Program-made: the position numbers and the translations under genes
Assembly (NCBI RefSeq): GCF_018977255.1
Contig: NW_024704758.1
Coordinates: forward strand, 2,170,001-2,234,000
From: Callorhinchus milii
Taxonomy: Eukaryota
Direction of reading: 5' to 3'
DNA length: 64,000 nucleotides
Notes under the pieces: generated by a model
What the model was told of the DNA's origin: nothing
The model's input: the letters and a program-made list of their open reading frames with translations, nothing else
The model's database searches: none
Part shown: positions 49,001 through 61,200 of the stretch, in pieces
Numbering within the stretch: position 1 is the stretch's first letter
Layout of the letters: every line of letters starts with the position of its first letter

Positions 49001-50758
49001 CTCCATTCCCTCTGCCTTTCCTCACTTGCACTTCAACTTACCACTCCTTTCAATGTTGGAGGAATCAGTCCACAGTACACGGGGATAAATGTGCTGCATA
49101 TACAGGCCTAGGGGGAGAGTAGCAAATAGGTTAGTACAGCAGTTTTAAATATAATAATAATCCTTGCATTTGATATAGCGCTTTTCACGTCTTCTAGACG
49201 TCTCAAAGCGCTTCACAGAATAGACTGTAAATAACAATAATAATCCTTGCATTTGATATAGCGTTTTTCACGTCGGGAGGACGTCCCAAAGCTCTTCACA
49301 GAACACACTGTAAAGTGAATTGACTGTATATTTGTGGGCGAACGCAGCAGCCAATTGCGCACAGCAATGTCCCACAAACAGTCGTAGATTGAAAATGACC
49401 AATTTATTATTGTTTTTGGTTTTGGAGGGATTATTATTAGGCTCTGTGTGGAGTAAGGAAACTTGCCCAAGTTTCGCCCTCTGCCTGGGATTGAACCCAG
49501 ATCTCTCGCTTGCGAAGCGAGTGCTCTAACCACTGAGTTACAGGACTCCACAAGCCTCCTGTTTGCACAGCATTAATTACTCAATCATCAAAATAACTCA
49601 TTAAAACGTTGCTAGGGATCTAGGTCGCTCGATAGATTAGAGCTCACAGTTGTTTCTTATGTAAGGAATAGGGTCAAATTTTAGGCCTTCTGCAAAGCCA
49701 GTTTCTGTTAGGCATGAAGAATGCTTTGCTTTTGAAACACAGGTGGCGAAACACAGGTTTGCTTCTATGGCAATAGCTGCTCGCAACTTGCGCTGTGCAG
49801 AGAAGCGAGGCAACATCTTATCTCAAAGACCCACAGTGTCCTACATATGGTCTATGCCATCATATCACCTCTCGTGATTTTAATACAAATGGAAAACAAC
49901 AGAGATCCCACTTTTAAGCCATTGACTAAATCCAGCCCATCTCCAAGTCCAATCTATTTGCCCCTAGTCTTTGCATTCCACCTTTCACCTCAACCCTCTG
50001 TAAATCCCGCTAATTTATCTTTAATACCAAGTGCCTTCTTTTTTTCTCAACCAAGTGGTACTTTATTGCAATGTGATTAAAGAAGACATGATAATGCCAA
50101 GTTTTTAAAGCGTCAACGAAAAAAAAAGACCCCAAAAATCGTGGCCTTTTGGCTGATGCTGAGATGGCACAGATCGTATGAAGGGCGGTGGTGATCTTTA
50201 AAGAGGAGATGTTGTCTCGCTTCTCTGCACAATGCAGCAGTTAATAGGTAATAGAGACAAATCTGTGGTTAGGCCCCAGCATCCAGCCCTGTGTAAGCCC
50301 TGGGAAAGCAAAACCCTCGAGTCAACAGACCCAACGTCCGAGCAAAGAGACTCGGAAACCAAATGGCGTTCAGAGAGCCTCTAGTAACCGGCGTGCTTAC
50401 TCTCCACCCATGCCTACGGTCACCTCCCACCCAGCTCAGCATTGTGCTCCGCCACTGTCAAGCGCTCTGGGACGCTATCCTGCCTGAAGGCCACTACAGA
50501 GATGCAAGTTGTTGTTGTTGCTTACCTGAACGAGATCCTCTTTGCTGTTGAACACGGACACCAGCACGTTCTCTCCGTCGGACACTCGGGTCAGGGAAAT
50601 GCCCAGGCGGCCTGTTGCTAACTCGTGCGCATTGTCAGGGAGGGTTTTGTAAAGCCGACTGCGAATGATTTTCACCAAGTTGAAGGAAGGGTGGAGAGGG
50701 CCAAGAAACCTCTTGCGAGCCTCCTTAGACACTTCAATAATGTTGGAGCCAGATTCCC
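39783..50758 (-). CDS. PNPLA2: Patatin-like phospholipase domain-containing protein 2 (adipose triglyceride lipase), 5'-partial: coding exons 2-9
   Basis: Exons 50758-50526, 49107-49042, 44429-44220, 43658-43598, 42816-42643, 41507-41375, 40975-40853, 40050-39783 (1268 nt), all GT-AG and phase-consistent. Recognisable ATGL sequence ([41 protein letters not shown]). Confidence 0.93.
40290..40460. repeat. Shark-type fold-back repeat (Penelope-like terminal-repeat derivative); related copies at 23125-23310 and 30620-30765
   Basis: TGCAGATGCTGGAAATCTGAAACAAAAACAGAAGTCGCTGGGAACACTCAGCAGGTCAGG, with a ~24-bp inverted arm at 40437-40460. Confidence 0.6.
40853..40975 (-). CDS. PNPLA2: PNPLA2 coding exon 8 ([40 protein letters not shown])
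   Basis: 123 nt, translated by hand. Confidence 0.93.
41375..41507 (-). CDS. PNPLA2: PNPLA2 coding exon 7 ([43 protein letters not shown]; hydrophobic lipid-droplet region)
   Basis: 133 nt, translated by hand. Confidence 0.94.
42255..42621 (-). mobile_element. Full-length SINE in a PNPLA2 intron, ~20 nt from the exon 6 donor
   Basis: Head GGAGTCCTGTAGCTCAGTGG through to tail. Confidence 0.88.
42643..42816 (-). CDS. PNPLA2: PNPLA2 coding exon 6 ([19 protein letters not shown]...[11 protein letters not shown])
   Basis: 174 nt, phase 1->1; ends match ATGL LLNRP / EHLPxRL. Confidence 0.9.
43598..43658 (-). CDS. PNPLA2: PNPLA2 coding exon 5 ([20 protein letters not shown])
   Basis: 61 nt; G|GTGAGT donor. 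Confidence 0.93.
44220..44429 (-). CDS. PNPLA2: PNPLA2 coding exon 4 ([33 protein letters not shown]...FPPEPE; catalytic Asp DGG)
   Basis: 210 nt; DGG motif. Confidence 0.95.
45689..46135 (+). mobile_element. L2-clade LINE 3' fragment
   Basis: Translates [32 protein letters not shown]...RSLRS...[16 protein letters not shown]; tail GGGACGTCCTCCTGACGTGAAA...(TTG)n shared with the SINE. Similar fragments at ~120-320(-), 2058-2360(+), 7835-8100(-), 21065-21270(-), 32340-32600(+), 41545-41730(-) and 52300-52625(-). Confidence 0.85.
49042..49107 (-). CDS. PNPLA2: PNPLA2 coding exon 3 ([22 protein letters not shown])
   Basis: 66 nt, translated by hand; GTG|GTAAGT donor. Confidence 0.95.
49151..49548 (-). 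mobile_element. Full-length young SINE (49232-49548) with an extra tail fragment (49151-49231)
   Basis: Two successive ...ATCAAATGCAAGGATTATT tails. Confidence 0.88.
50526..50758 (-). CDS. PNPLA2: PNPLA2 coding exon 2 ([31 protein letters not shown]...SKEDLVQ)
   Basis: 233 nt; ttcag acceptor, CAG|GTAAGC donor. Confidence 0.95.
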
Positions 50759-52819
50759 CTGAAGGAAAAGCATAGAAACACAATGAGAATAATAATAATA
50801 ATTATAATTAAAAATTAATAGAGCGCCCGATTATGTTGACCAAACATCTCAAGACGTGTCAACAGGATGTATTTGGTATTTGAATGATTTGGGCATTTAA
50901 TCCACGACTGTTTGTGGGACGCTGCTGTGCGCAGTTGGCTGCCGTGTTTGGCCCACAAAATATACAGTCAATTCGCTTTACAGTATAATCTGAGAGGCGT
51001 TTTGAGACGTCTCCACCATAAGTCGATATATCAAACGGAAGCCCAGCGAACCCACCCATCTGTGTCTAGTCCCCATCCTGTGAAATGTGCTGCGCTCCAC
51101 CACTGGCCTCATTAACTGCGTCCAGTCCCATAAAGATGGACAAGTGCGGAACACTTGCATCAAATTCCAGCCATTTCAAAGCAAAGGCAGGACATCACAA
51201 ATGATGTGTGTGTGTGTGTGTGTTGTGCAATGTGTGTGTTTGTGTGTGTGTTATGTAATGTGTGTTGCAAAAACGTTTTTTTAATATATACAGAGTACAC
51301 AGTACAGTATATGTATCATCAACCCTTCCAATACTCCAGCGTTCTGCTTCCACAGTATTGCAGTTCTACGAAGTACCAAGAATTCTCTGAAAGATTGGTC
51401 CCCTTGCCAACTTCAGTGTACGCCTTCGACATGTTGACACACCTGTCACTCTCGTGACTCGCGAACGGGATGTTGCAGGTTTTCTTTTTGGTCTCGTGTG
51501 ATAATTACGTCCTTACACACTGAGCCACCACCCTCCAACTCCTCTCCTTTCTACTCCCCTTCCCCCTTTCTCGCATGTGGTACAAAAAAAACAAAACCAT
51601 ACCGAGCAGTGAGGGGGGGGGGGGGGGGTGGGTGGGGGGGGCATGGCAAGCTTGGAGGCACATTCCGTTCCTTGCTGCCCTTTGGTCTGCAAGCTCATGA
51701 GTTGGCCAATTGCCAGTTCCCCTGATACATGAAGTCAGCAATGCACGCATGGCAAGACTTTGAACGGTTGCCAAAATGGTAGTATTTATAAGTGCAATAG
51801 GTCGGTCACACCCCGTGTGCTTGCTGCAATTTAGGGATCACCAGCCACACGCGGAACTGTAATTCAATGTAATTCACGACGACGATGGCAATAGACTATT
51901 GGCAACTGTAGACCCCGACACATTCTCCATAACAGGCCCCAAATTGGCCATAACCTGCATCTAAACATTTAAGATAGCACAGAATCGTGAAAAAACATCT
52001 CAATTTAGGACCCAACTCTTTGGCAAGGCAACTCTGCAGCAAAATCATAAACTAAGCCTCAGTTTTACCAAGGTTTACCAGATTTGTACATGACGGAAAA
52101 CAGGCCACTTGACCCGACCTGTCTGTGCAGGTCTCCACCCACTTTTTTTGTATATACTCGCCCCCACACCCTTCTCTTTCCCCTCTCCCTCATGTGAAGA
52201 TCTAGCTTCCTCTTGATTTCCCCACCGCGATCAGTCTCAGTGAGTTACAGAACAAACTCTCATCAAAATCAAGTGAGATTTTCCTCCAAAAAGGACAACA
52301 GCAACAGATTAATTTGTACAGTGCCTTTCACGTCGGGAGGACATCCCAAGGCGCTGGTCAATCAAGGATTTGGATCCGAGCTGGTGACTGGGAACAGGAG
52401 GGGTGGAGGGAAGGAAGGGTGGGGGTAGGAGGGTGACCAAAGGCAGGGTCGAAGAGAAGCATCTGGAGATGGGCCTTGAAGGAGGCAAAGGAGGGGGAAA
52501 GGCAAAGGCACTGTGGGATGGAGTTCCAAAGGGTGAGGGCAGAGATGCTGAAGTCCCGACTGCCGATGGTGGGGGCGGGCAGAGCGGGGGACATGGAGCA
52601 GGCTGGAGCCCGCTGAGCGGGGTGGTCGTTATTAGAGCGTTAGTATATTCAGCTTCACCTACAGGTCAGGCTCTCTCTAACGCTGGAGTGCGAATCCACA
52701 TTCCCTCCCACCAGAGTGGCCACTGTCCATATACTGAGCCTTGGCGGTGAGTGTTGGCAGCGCCACTCGACTGTAGAGAGCGACACAGCTGAGCCTGACC
52801 TCTTCCCATCCGGCTGCAC

Positions 52820-53132
52820 TACCCCCCCACCCCACCCCACCCATACACACACACTTCCAACCCCTCCCCCCACACCCCCCATAAACACACCTCTAACCCA
52901 CCCCCCCAGTTCCACCCACACCTCCAACCCCTAACCTCCCACAGACCCACCCACACACACCTCCAACCCCTCCCCCCACCCATACACCTCCAAGCCCTCT
53001 CCCACCCCACACACACACCTCCAACCCCTCCCCACCAGACACCCACCAACAACCCCTCCCCCCCACACGCCCACCTCCAACCCTTCCCTCTACACACCCA
53101 CCTCCAACCCATCCCCCCCACACACCCACCAA
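52820..53132. repeat. C-rich minisatellite (CACACACCTCCAACCCCTCCCC-like units)
   Basis: About 7 degenerate copies of ACCTCCAACCC; G-rich on the minus strand. Confidence 0.85.
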
Positions 53133-54542
53133 CATAAAAAACACATGTGAGAGATTGCCTAAGGAGTCACTTGGCACACAACCCGCGCACATTGAACTTC
53201 GGCTATATAAGCATATGTGCTGGACAATGAGCTGGCTGATTACAGACAAAATAAGACACGTGCATCTCAGTTCGTTATATCCAGTGGGGGGTAGATTGTA
53301 CAACGCCTGTGGTTTAGCGCTATGGAATTTCATTTCCATCCCAAAGGTTAGAGGGATTGCATGCAAATCCTTATCAGAGCAGGTTACAGAGCAGTCACGA
53401 CACTGCAGTCATCGTCAAACCATCATCGATTGAGGTGCAATAAATTTTTCTTTGCACAATTTCTCCGCTTCTCTCCAGAACACATCTACACGCGCTAGGC
53501 GATGGGTCATGGCTGATGGCATCATCAGCGTACGAGCAATTTCCAGCACAGCTCAGCAATAAAGATTAACAGTGGCTGACGTTCTTAGTCCAGGGAGGTT
53601 GAGGCGAAATGTATTGCCGCCATTGCCAACAACCTCCTTCCTCTCTCATCTCTGAGATTCCCATGTGTAGGTGGGATGCGTGGAATTCTCAGTTGGGTTT
53701 GGAGACTCTTAAGCACGGCGCTGGGTTTCCGCGCATGTCAGACACCAAAAAAAGCTACAATCAGCTAATTCAAGATGAAATGTGGAACATTCCTGATCAG
53801 TACGGCTCAGTATCACAATTACCCAGCAAGTCAATTGCAAAAACCACACCATCACATGTTATGCGCTAAGCTGTTTTACCAATGGCAAACCGAGCAAGAC
53901 AAGAGAATAAGGGAGGAGAGATGGGAATGAAATCAGTAAACATTGTCACGGATGGAAAACTCATCGTACCCGAGACAGAAGAGATTACGCGCCTTTTGGC
54001 ATCGTGAGAATTTGTATTCTCCCGCACTGAAGTTGCCAATTTATAATGAAATGTTTGTGCAGCACAAACTATAAAATCTAGAGGTTTTACTTTATTTTTT
54101 CTCAGATGATAAACCGCAACCCCTCCCCCCCACACCTACCTACACACACATAACCTTTTATAATTCTCCTTGCATTGGATATAACGCCTTATCACATCCT
54201 TGAGATGGTTCAAAGTACTACACAGGATTTACTGTAATTGATTGTATATTTTATAGGCAAAACCCGACAGTGAATTGCGCACAGCAGTGCCCCACAAACA
54301 GTCATGGAATGAATGACCGAATTATTGGTATTATTTTTTAAGGGATTATTACCACCGGAAAGCGATCCGTCAATCGACTAACCAGGTTCCTACTTACTGC
54401 TAGGTAAACAGAGGCGTATAGGGCAAGGAAACTTACCTAAGGTTTCGCCCCACCCAGAAATCGAACCCAGTTTCAGTTCTTATATTAATTCCCCTTTAAA
54501 AGCTAACATGGACTCTGCCTCCAATACCATTCTAGAAAAGAC

Positions 54543-54628
54543 ATTCCAAATCCTATATAAATCCTCTGTGCAATTCCAAATCCTAATTAAACCCTCTGTG
54601 TAATTCCAAATCCTAAATAAACCATCTG
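54543..54628. repeat. Tandem repeat, 3 x 30 bp (ATTCCAAATCCT...CTCTGTGYA), inside a CR1 remnant
   Basis: Directly visible 30-nt period. Confidence 0.85.
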
Positions 54629-56154
54629 GCGTCTCCCCTTTTGCTCCTTTCTTAATAACCTTAAAAGAATGCCCCTCTAATTGCCAACTCACCAACCAGT
54701 GGAAATAATTGCTCCGTTTTACCCAGGTAATTTTAAAAATCCTGGAACCTTCAACCTTCTACGTACTGGAGGATGTAGGCTGTGGGTTATCCCACTTTAT
54801 TACAAGTTTGCTGACCTAGGTTCATTCCAGGAAACTTCCCCTCCCCCAACTCATTTTCCCCTCTCACGTGAAAACTTCTCATGTTCCAATGCAGCAATCA
54901 AAGGGGGTGGGGAAGGACATTGGAAAGAGGATAAACAGCAGAGTTCAATGACCCGCTAAAGCGCATGCAGAGTTCAATAACCTATAGAACTGTGTGGAGT
55001 GTAGGCGAAGGGACAGGTGCCTATAGTCATATTACAAAGTAGCCCCCTTTCGATCTGAAAAACACTCCACTGGAACAACAGAGGGGATGCAATGCACAAT
55101 AGGCGGAAGCGTGGATGTCAATTCAACATCCACACTCTGGCTTCCTCTAAGTCAGGCTGGTCTGTCCGATCAATGAAAAAGATCCTGTGGGAGAGGAAGA
55201 CAAAGTGAAGCGAGAAAAAAAAGAGAAGAGATCAGATCGGCAAGTCTCAAGCCATGCGTACCACCTTTAGGCACATAAGAGAGAACCCCTGGTGCCGCAT
55301 CGATATCATCCCGTTCGACGTTTGCTTGCACTTGCAAGTGGTGTGGTTAAGCGCTCTGTTGTTGTTTGTGTGAATCCAGGGCCCTGGATTAGCAGGGAGT
55401 CTAATACTGGGTTTCATTTTGACGTCATTTTTATTGCAAATCAAAATGAATTATTCTACTAAATCAGAAACAACTTGCAATTTACCTACACAATTCCAGC
55501 CTTGCACAGATAATTTTGAGGTCACTTCCGCAATACCGCGCTTGTTCTCTCTCGGCTCCCTACCCTTCAAAAACAGTGATGTCAAGTGAAAGTCAAAACT
55601 AGGATGTTTGTTGCAAAGGCTTCTTTTGGGCTGTCTGCTGAGCATCTTTTAGATGGAAAATTAGTTTCTCTTTCTCTCAGTGTCCTGGTCAATGATTCCC
55701 CCAACAATCCACGGCTGCTTGTGGGGCATTGTAATAATAACAATAATAATTCTTGCATTTGACACAGCGCCTTATCACGTTGTTGAGATGTATCAACCCG
55801 CTTCACAGGATTTACACTGAAGTGTGTATTTGTGGGTGAAATAGGCAGCCAGTTGCGCACAGCAGCTATAAAATGCAAGGATGATGATGATTATTACTAT
55901 TATGAATCCGAGTATTTCTCAGGATTGTATGTATCAAAAATATTCGGTCACTAACACGTCGCAGAAAATTGCGTGACACTTGTCACAAAACGTCTCAAAG
56001 CGTTTCACGGAGTTTACTGTAAAGCATAGCTAGAGTGTACTTAATAAATCTTTGCAATTTGATATAGGGTCCACACATCAGGAGGAACTGCTGGTGTTGG
56101 GGAGAGGGGCTCTCAGGAGGGGCTCATAATGATTCACGGAATTTACTATAGATT

Positions 56155-56516
56155 AATAATAATCCTTGCATTTGATACAGCGCCTTATCACGTCTTCGAG
56201 ACGTCTCAAAGCGCTTCACAGAATATACTGGAAAGTGAATTGACTGTATATTTTGTGGGTGAAACGCGGCAGCCAATTGTGCCCAGCAGCGTCCCACAAA
56301 CAGTCGTGGATTGAAGTGACAAAATTATTTTTAAACTTATTTTGAAGGAATTATTACCCCCGGAAAAGCGATCAGCCAATCGACTGACAACTGGGTTCCT
56401 ACTTACTGCTGGTAAACAGAGGCATGTGTAGTAAGGAAAATTGCCCAACATTTTGCCCTGCCGAGAATCGAACCCAGATCTCTCTCTTGCGAGGCAAGTG
56501 CTCTAACCACTGAGCT
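56155..56516 (-). mobile_element. Full-length SINE
   Basis: Same family. Further large copies at ~3520-3760(-), 12235-12500(-), 17690-17973(+), 25465-25800(+), 32946-33283(+), 33362-33562(-), 43820-44130(-), 54160-54470(-), 57670-57972(-) and 60740-61033(+). Confidence 0.88.
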
Positions 56517-58259
56517 GACAATGTCACAATGCTGCATTTTGTAGGCAAACTGCACACACTCAGCATCCAAACATACATTCACGTGATGTTGATTTGATTA
56601 TAAAGCCACCAACTGTTCTTTCCCCTCTCTTCTTCGCTCAGACTCATTTCCATTAAATCTCTTTCTTCCCTCACTTGCTGCACAAGTACCACGGCTATGA
56701 AAGCCCTCTTGTGACTGTAGCCGTGCAGAAAATGTGCGGACCACAGCCATTTAACCGGAAAAACAATGTGCGCTCGCGAAACAGTAGGGTCGTCGACTAT
56801 GCAATGTGCAGGCCTGCTAATCAAACTGTGTGTACGCCATGCATTCGTTGCGTCTGCCAAACCAAGACAAATACTCCAAGGGCAGACCACCACCAGCTGC
56901 TAAACTCAACTTCCTCAACGGTATTTTATTGAACAGTATTTTACGAACGGATAAGATGGTCCTAGCTGGCCAAGCAGCAGGAAGGGTTGCCAGACATTGC
57001 TATCGATGGCAAGTTATGTGGCTTTAGCTGGTTAGACTCCAGCAGTTATCCCAACTCACACTCTGGGGTCATCACCAAGCCTTGGCTCTTGCACCCAACA
57101 CTCTCCGGAATTTATCATACGTTGGGAGGGGGTAAATGCATGGAATTCTTGGGTGGATACCGTTCAGCACGGCGGGCGATTGATTTCTGCATGGCTGACC
57201 AAAAAAAAAGCAACGCAAAATACACTCCCGCCCTTTGAAACCAATGGCAAATGGTTTACAAACACGACACACCTACAGGGCGATTTCTCATCGAAACTGG
57301 CAGCAGATCATGAGCTGCATCACAATAACTGTATCGATAGCTTTCCTTGTGATGTCACGGAGGGCTTGTCCTGGGCCCCTCGAGCTCCCGGGGGCCCCAA
57401 AGGCTTCTCGGGCTCCTCACAAACTCCGAACGAGCTCTCCTTAAAGATCTGTCACCCTAGCTCAGATGTGACCTCTTTCCTTCTCAACAGCGGAAACCTT
57501 TACCTCCTCCAGTCTCCCCTTCTCCCTTTCCTCAAGTTCCGACACACTTAACCACTTCTCGTTTTTACTCTACCTCTTTCATCAGCTGCTCTACATTAGT
57601 GCATCGGTCCTCTGCATATAAGCTTCCTCTCCCCCACTTTAGAAAAGAAAGTTGAAGCAATGTAAATAAATATAATAATCCTTGCATTTGATACAGCGCC
57701 TTATCACGTCTTCTCGACGTCTCAAAGCGCTTCACAGAATCTACTGTAAAGTGAATTGACTGCATATTTGTGGGCGAAACACGGCTGCCAATTGCGCACA
57801 GCGGTGTCCCCACAAACAGTCGTCGATTGAAGGGACCAATTTATTACTGTTTTTTTTTTCTTGAGGCATTATTATCAGGTGTGTGGAGTAAGGAAACTTG
57901 CCCAAGGTATCGACCTGCCGGGAACCGAACTCAGAGGTCTCTCGCTTGCAGTGCTCTAACCACTGAGCTACACGAATATGTACATAACATCTAAAAGTCT
58001 CATGGTTACGTCTAGTGTGTTTATTGTTAGAATGCGCATTTTACTGATATCCCTGGAATAAACTACGGTAAATCATCGTGACTTTAACAGGTTTCGATTT
58101 TCTCTGGATCACCCTCACTCACAGCTCCGTCAACGCCACTTCACTTTCCTCCACTATAAAAACTTTTTATGTAAATATATTTAGATTTTTACTGTAAGGT
58201 GGACATCATATATATATGTGTGTGTACAGTGTATATATACCGTGAGAAAGAGAGAGAGA

Positions 58260-58284
58260 NNNNNNNNNNNNNNNNNNNNNNNNN
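58260..58284. other. Assembly gap (25 N)
   Basis: Run of N next to a (GA)n tract. Confidence 0.99.
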
Positions 58285-61200
58285 CACATCGTTAGACAAC
58301 GGCTGGTCAGAACCATGCAGAAAGCCAGCCCGTTGCCAATGGACAGCTGCTGAACACTGGAGCCCCCCCACCTCCAGCTGTGGGGCACGCGCTGGGAGAA
58401 CCCCCTTCCAGGACACAGTGCGCCCACATTGTACACGGCGCCCCCCCGCCGCAGCCTCCCCCCCTGCACCGCCGATAGTGTCGAGCACAGTATAACAGGG
58501 TCCGACAGTAGGGAACAGGGTTCATTACACAGCATTACAGTGATTGTCAGACTGAGAAAATGCACTCAGGGTGGGGGGGAATTAGACCACTTTACTGTTG
58601 ATAACATCAACAACTTGCATTTATACAGTCCCCTCACTCAGGGTAGCGTCTAGGAGCGCTGGGGAGAAATGAAATCCACTTGCTTGGTGCTCAGCACACT
58701 AAAATTGCACTCTAAAGCGCAATGTGGCCCTGGTTACTGCGAGCGGAATAGCACAGCGCCCCCACCACCCACCCCGTTGCCTGTGTCAGCATGGAGCCCT
58801 CTCAGTGACTACCTGTATACTGTCTCCTACTGTTCTGCGGGAGTGTTAGCCCGCTGGTGTTTTACGCAGGGTGCAGAAATGCAAACATCACTTTAGTTGC
58901 AAACTGGTCCTGCCATCACGGTGGGTCCAAAAATTATTTTTTTGCACTAATCCTTTTCGCGGAGCCATGGAATGTGGAAAGAGGCCATTTGGCCCATCGT
59001 GTCTGTGCTGTGCGCCAGCTCGCTCCCCTTGGTCAAGCCTTCTACTCTGTTCCAATTCCCGTGCGTGTCTGGATTCACAGAATATCTCGGCACAGAAGAA
59101 GACTGTTCAGCCCACAGTGACTGTGCCGGCTCCTGCAGCTATCAGTTCAAGAGCCATCAGTTTAGTTCCCCCTCCCTCGCGCAATACACTTTTTATAGGA
59201 TAATACGGGAGAAAGGAGGCAGAAGCGATTCCACAGAGTGATTGAATAAAATTAATTGGACAGAACTGTCATAGGCTCCGGGTCCCAATGCTCGATAATA
59301 GTAGTTTCAGTTTGTTGCTGATTGTATTGACGGACGGGAAGAGCTCTTGTGAAGGGGATTCGGTTTACAGTTTTTCTTATGTTCTTATGAGCACAGTGCG
59401 TTACATTCTGTACAGACGATGATTTATTAACATTGCAGTAAGTGCATTAAAGGCCTCAAATCTGATGGGTCTGAGAGCACAAACGGATACCGGGCTGGTG
59501 CCAAACACTGAACTACACCCCAGTTAATTAAGTTCCCGAGTATATTCTTTAAAGCAGTCAAGTGGCTGTCTTTGGGAAGTAATCATAAACTATGAAGTGA
59601 TCATAAACTTGCAAGGTTCTCTGCGAAGGGCGAAGGTTGCAGAAGCGTATGGGGAGATGGATGAATGCTATGTTTCAGTGTTTCAGCTGGATCGTTTTAA
59701 ATGTCTTTGAATAAACGATCCAGCTGGCCGCTGACATGGAGACAAAGAGTCCTGACATCGCACAAAAGTCTGTAACCGGTCCAGCAAACACACTGCGATG
59801 TCGACGGGCCATTTGACTGTGGAAGAAGCCAGCCGAGTCCTGTCAACACACAGGGACGGACGCCAGCGAGGGATTTGGATAGGGATCACGTGCAGGAAAC
59901 CTGGCTGATTTCAGGTTTGCAACCCAGAGAGATTGTGAACCGACCAAATCAGTACAGACCTGGGGTTGAACTCTACGACATATCACGAAACGGAATCTAG
60001 TTAAATTGGTCTTAGTGCTTACTCGTAATTAAACTCATTTCCCCAGATATATCAGTATTTTTGGTTCATACGTTCCTCCGGAAGTAACCTACATAATGTA
60101 AATTTATCACGCAAAGCAATCCTTGCTTCTTAGAATTATCTCTTCTCGTCGCGACATGGCCAAGAGCTTTGCAGAATGTACTATAAAGTGAATTGATTAT
60201 ATTTTGTGGAAGAAAGTTTTTTTTTAGCTCTACCTGAAAAGGAAAGTACTGTATACTTTCTGTTAAGCCATTAGATTTGGTCTTCAAAAATCATAGAAAA
60301 AGAGCTACCTTCAGTTCGGGTGAGAAGGAGAGCAGTACTGATACCTGTTGTGATCGAATCAATACAAGAGCTTGCATTTATGTGTTTGGAGTGCTACACA
60401 GTGGCATTGCTGGAGGCTGAGCGGGGGAAAGGAGGGGGGAAATACATGAACAAAAATACAGGGCTGACAATCCCTCAGTTGCTTGTTTTTGGAATGAGAC
60501 GTTAAACTAACATCTGTCCAGGTGGACATTAGAGATCCCAGGACACTTCGAAAAGAGAAGGGAGTTTCTCTTTACTGATATTCTGGCTAACAATGCCCCC
60601 AAATAAAATTAGTCACTCACTCCATGGCTGTTTTGTGGGACGCTGCCTTGCGCCAAACTGGCTGCTCCATTTCTTCCACAAAATACACAGTCAATCCATT
60701 TTACAGCTGTGAAGCGTTTTGAGATGTCTCGACGATGGGCAGGTCAAAACCTTAGGCGAGTTTCCTTACTCCACACACCTCTGTTTACCTAGCAGAAAGT
60801 AGGAACCCAGTTGTTAGTCGATTGGCGGATCACTTTCTGGGGGTCACCCTTCAAAAACAGTAAGTTTAAAAAAAAGTCCTCAATCCACTACTGTTTGTGG
60901 GAGACGCTGTATGGAATAAGCTGCCGCGTTTCACTCACAAGATGTACAGTCACTACACAATACAGTATATTCGGTGCTTTGAGATGTCTTGATGACTTGA
61001 AAAGGCGCTTTATCAAATGTAAGGATTATTATTACCTTTAGATATGTCAAAATCTGGCTGCCGCATCATATGGGTGTTTTTGAATGCTATTTATTCTTCT
61101 GCGCGAGTCGGTTCCCCAACACGCCCTCACATATTGTACTCGCTGACATTACCTAACATTGAATGTTATCCCATATCATTTACAAACACAGTGGTGAGGA

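Noticed and set aside
52659..52770. AG...GT-bounded segment as PNPLA2 exon 1
   Set aside because: No patatin motifs in any frame; 112 nt; lies among repeat fragments.
54543..54628. 30-bp repeats resembling a CRISPR array
   Set aside because: Contiguous tandem units without unique spacers, inside a LINE remnant in a vertebrate genome.
58189..58565. GC-rich ORFs spanning the N gap
   Set aside because: No recognisable protein similarity; the ORFs are open partly because of the Ns.
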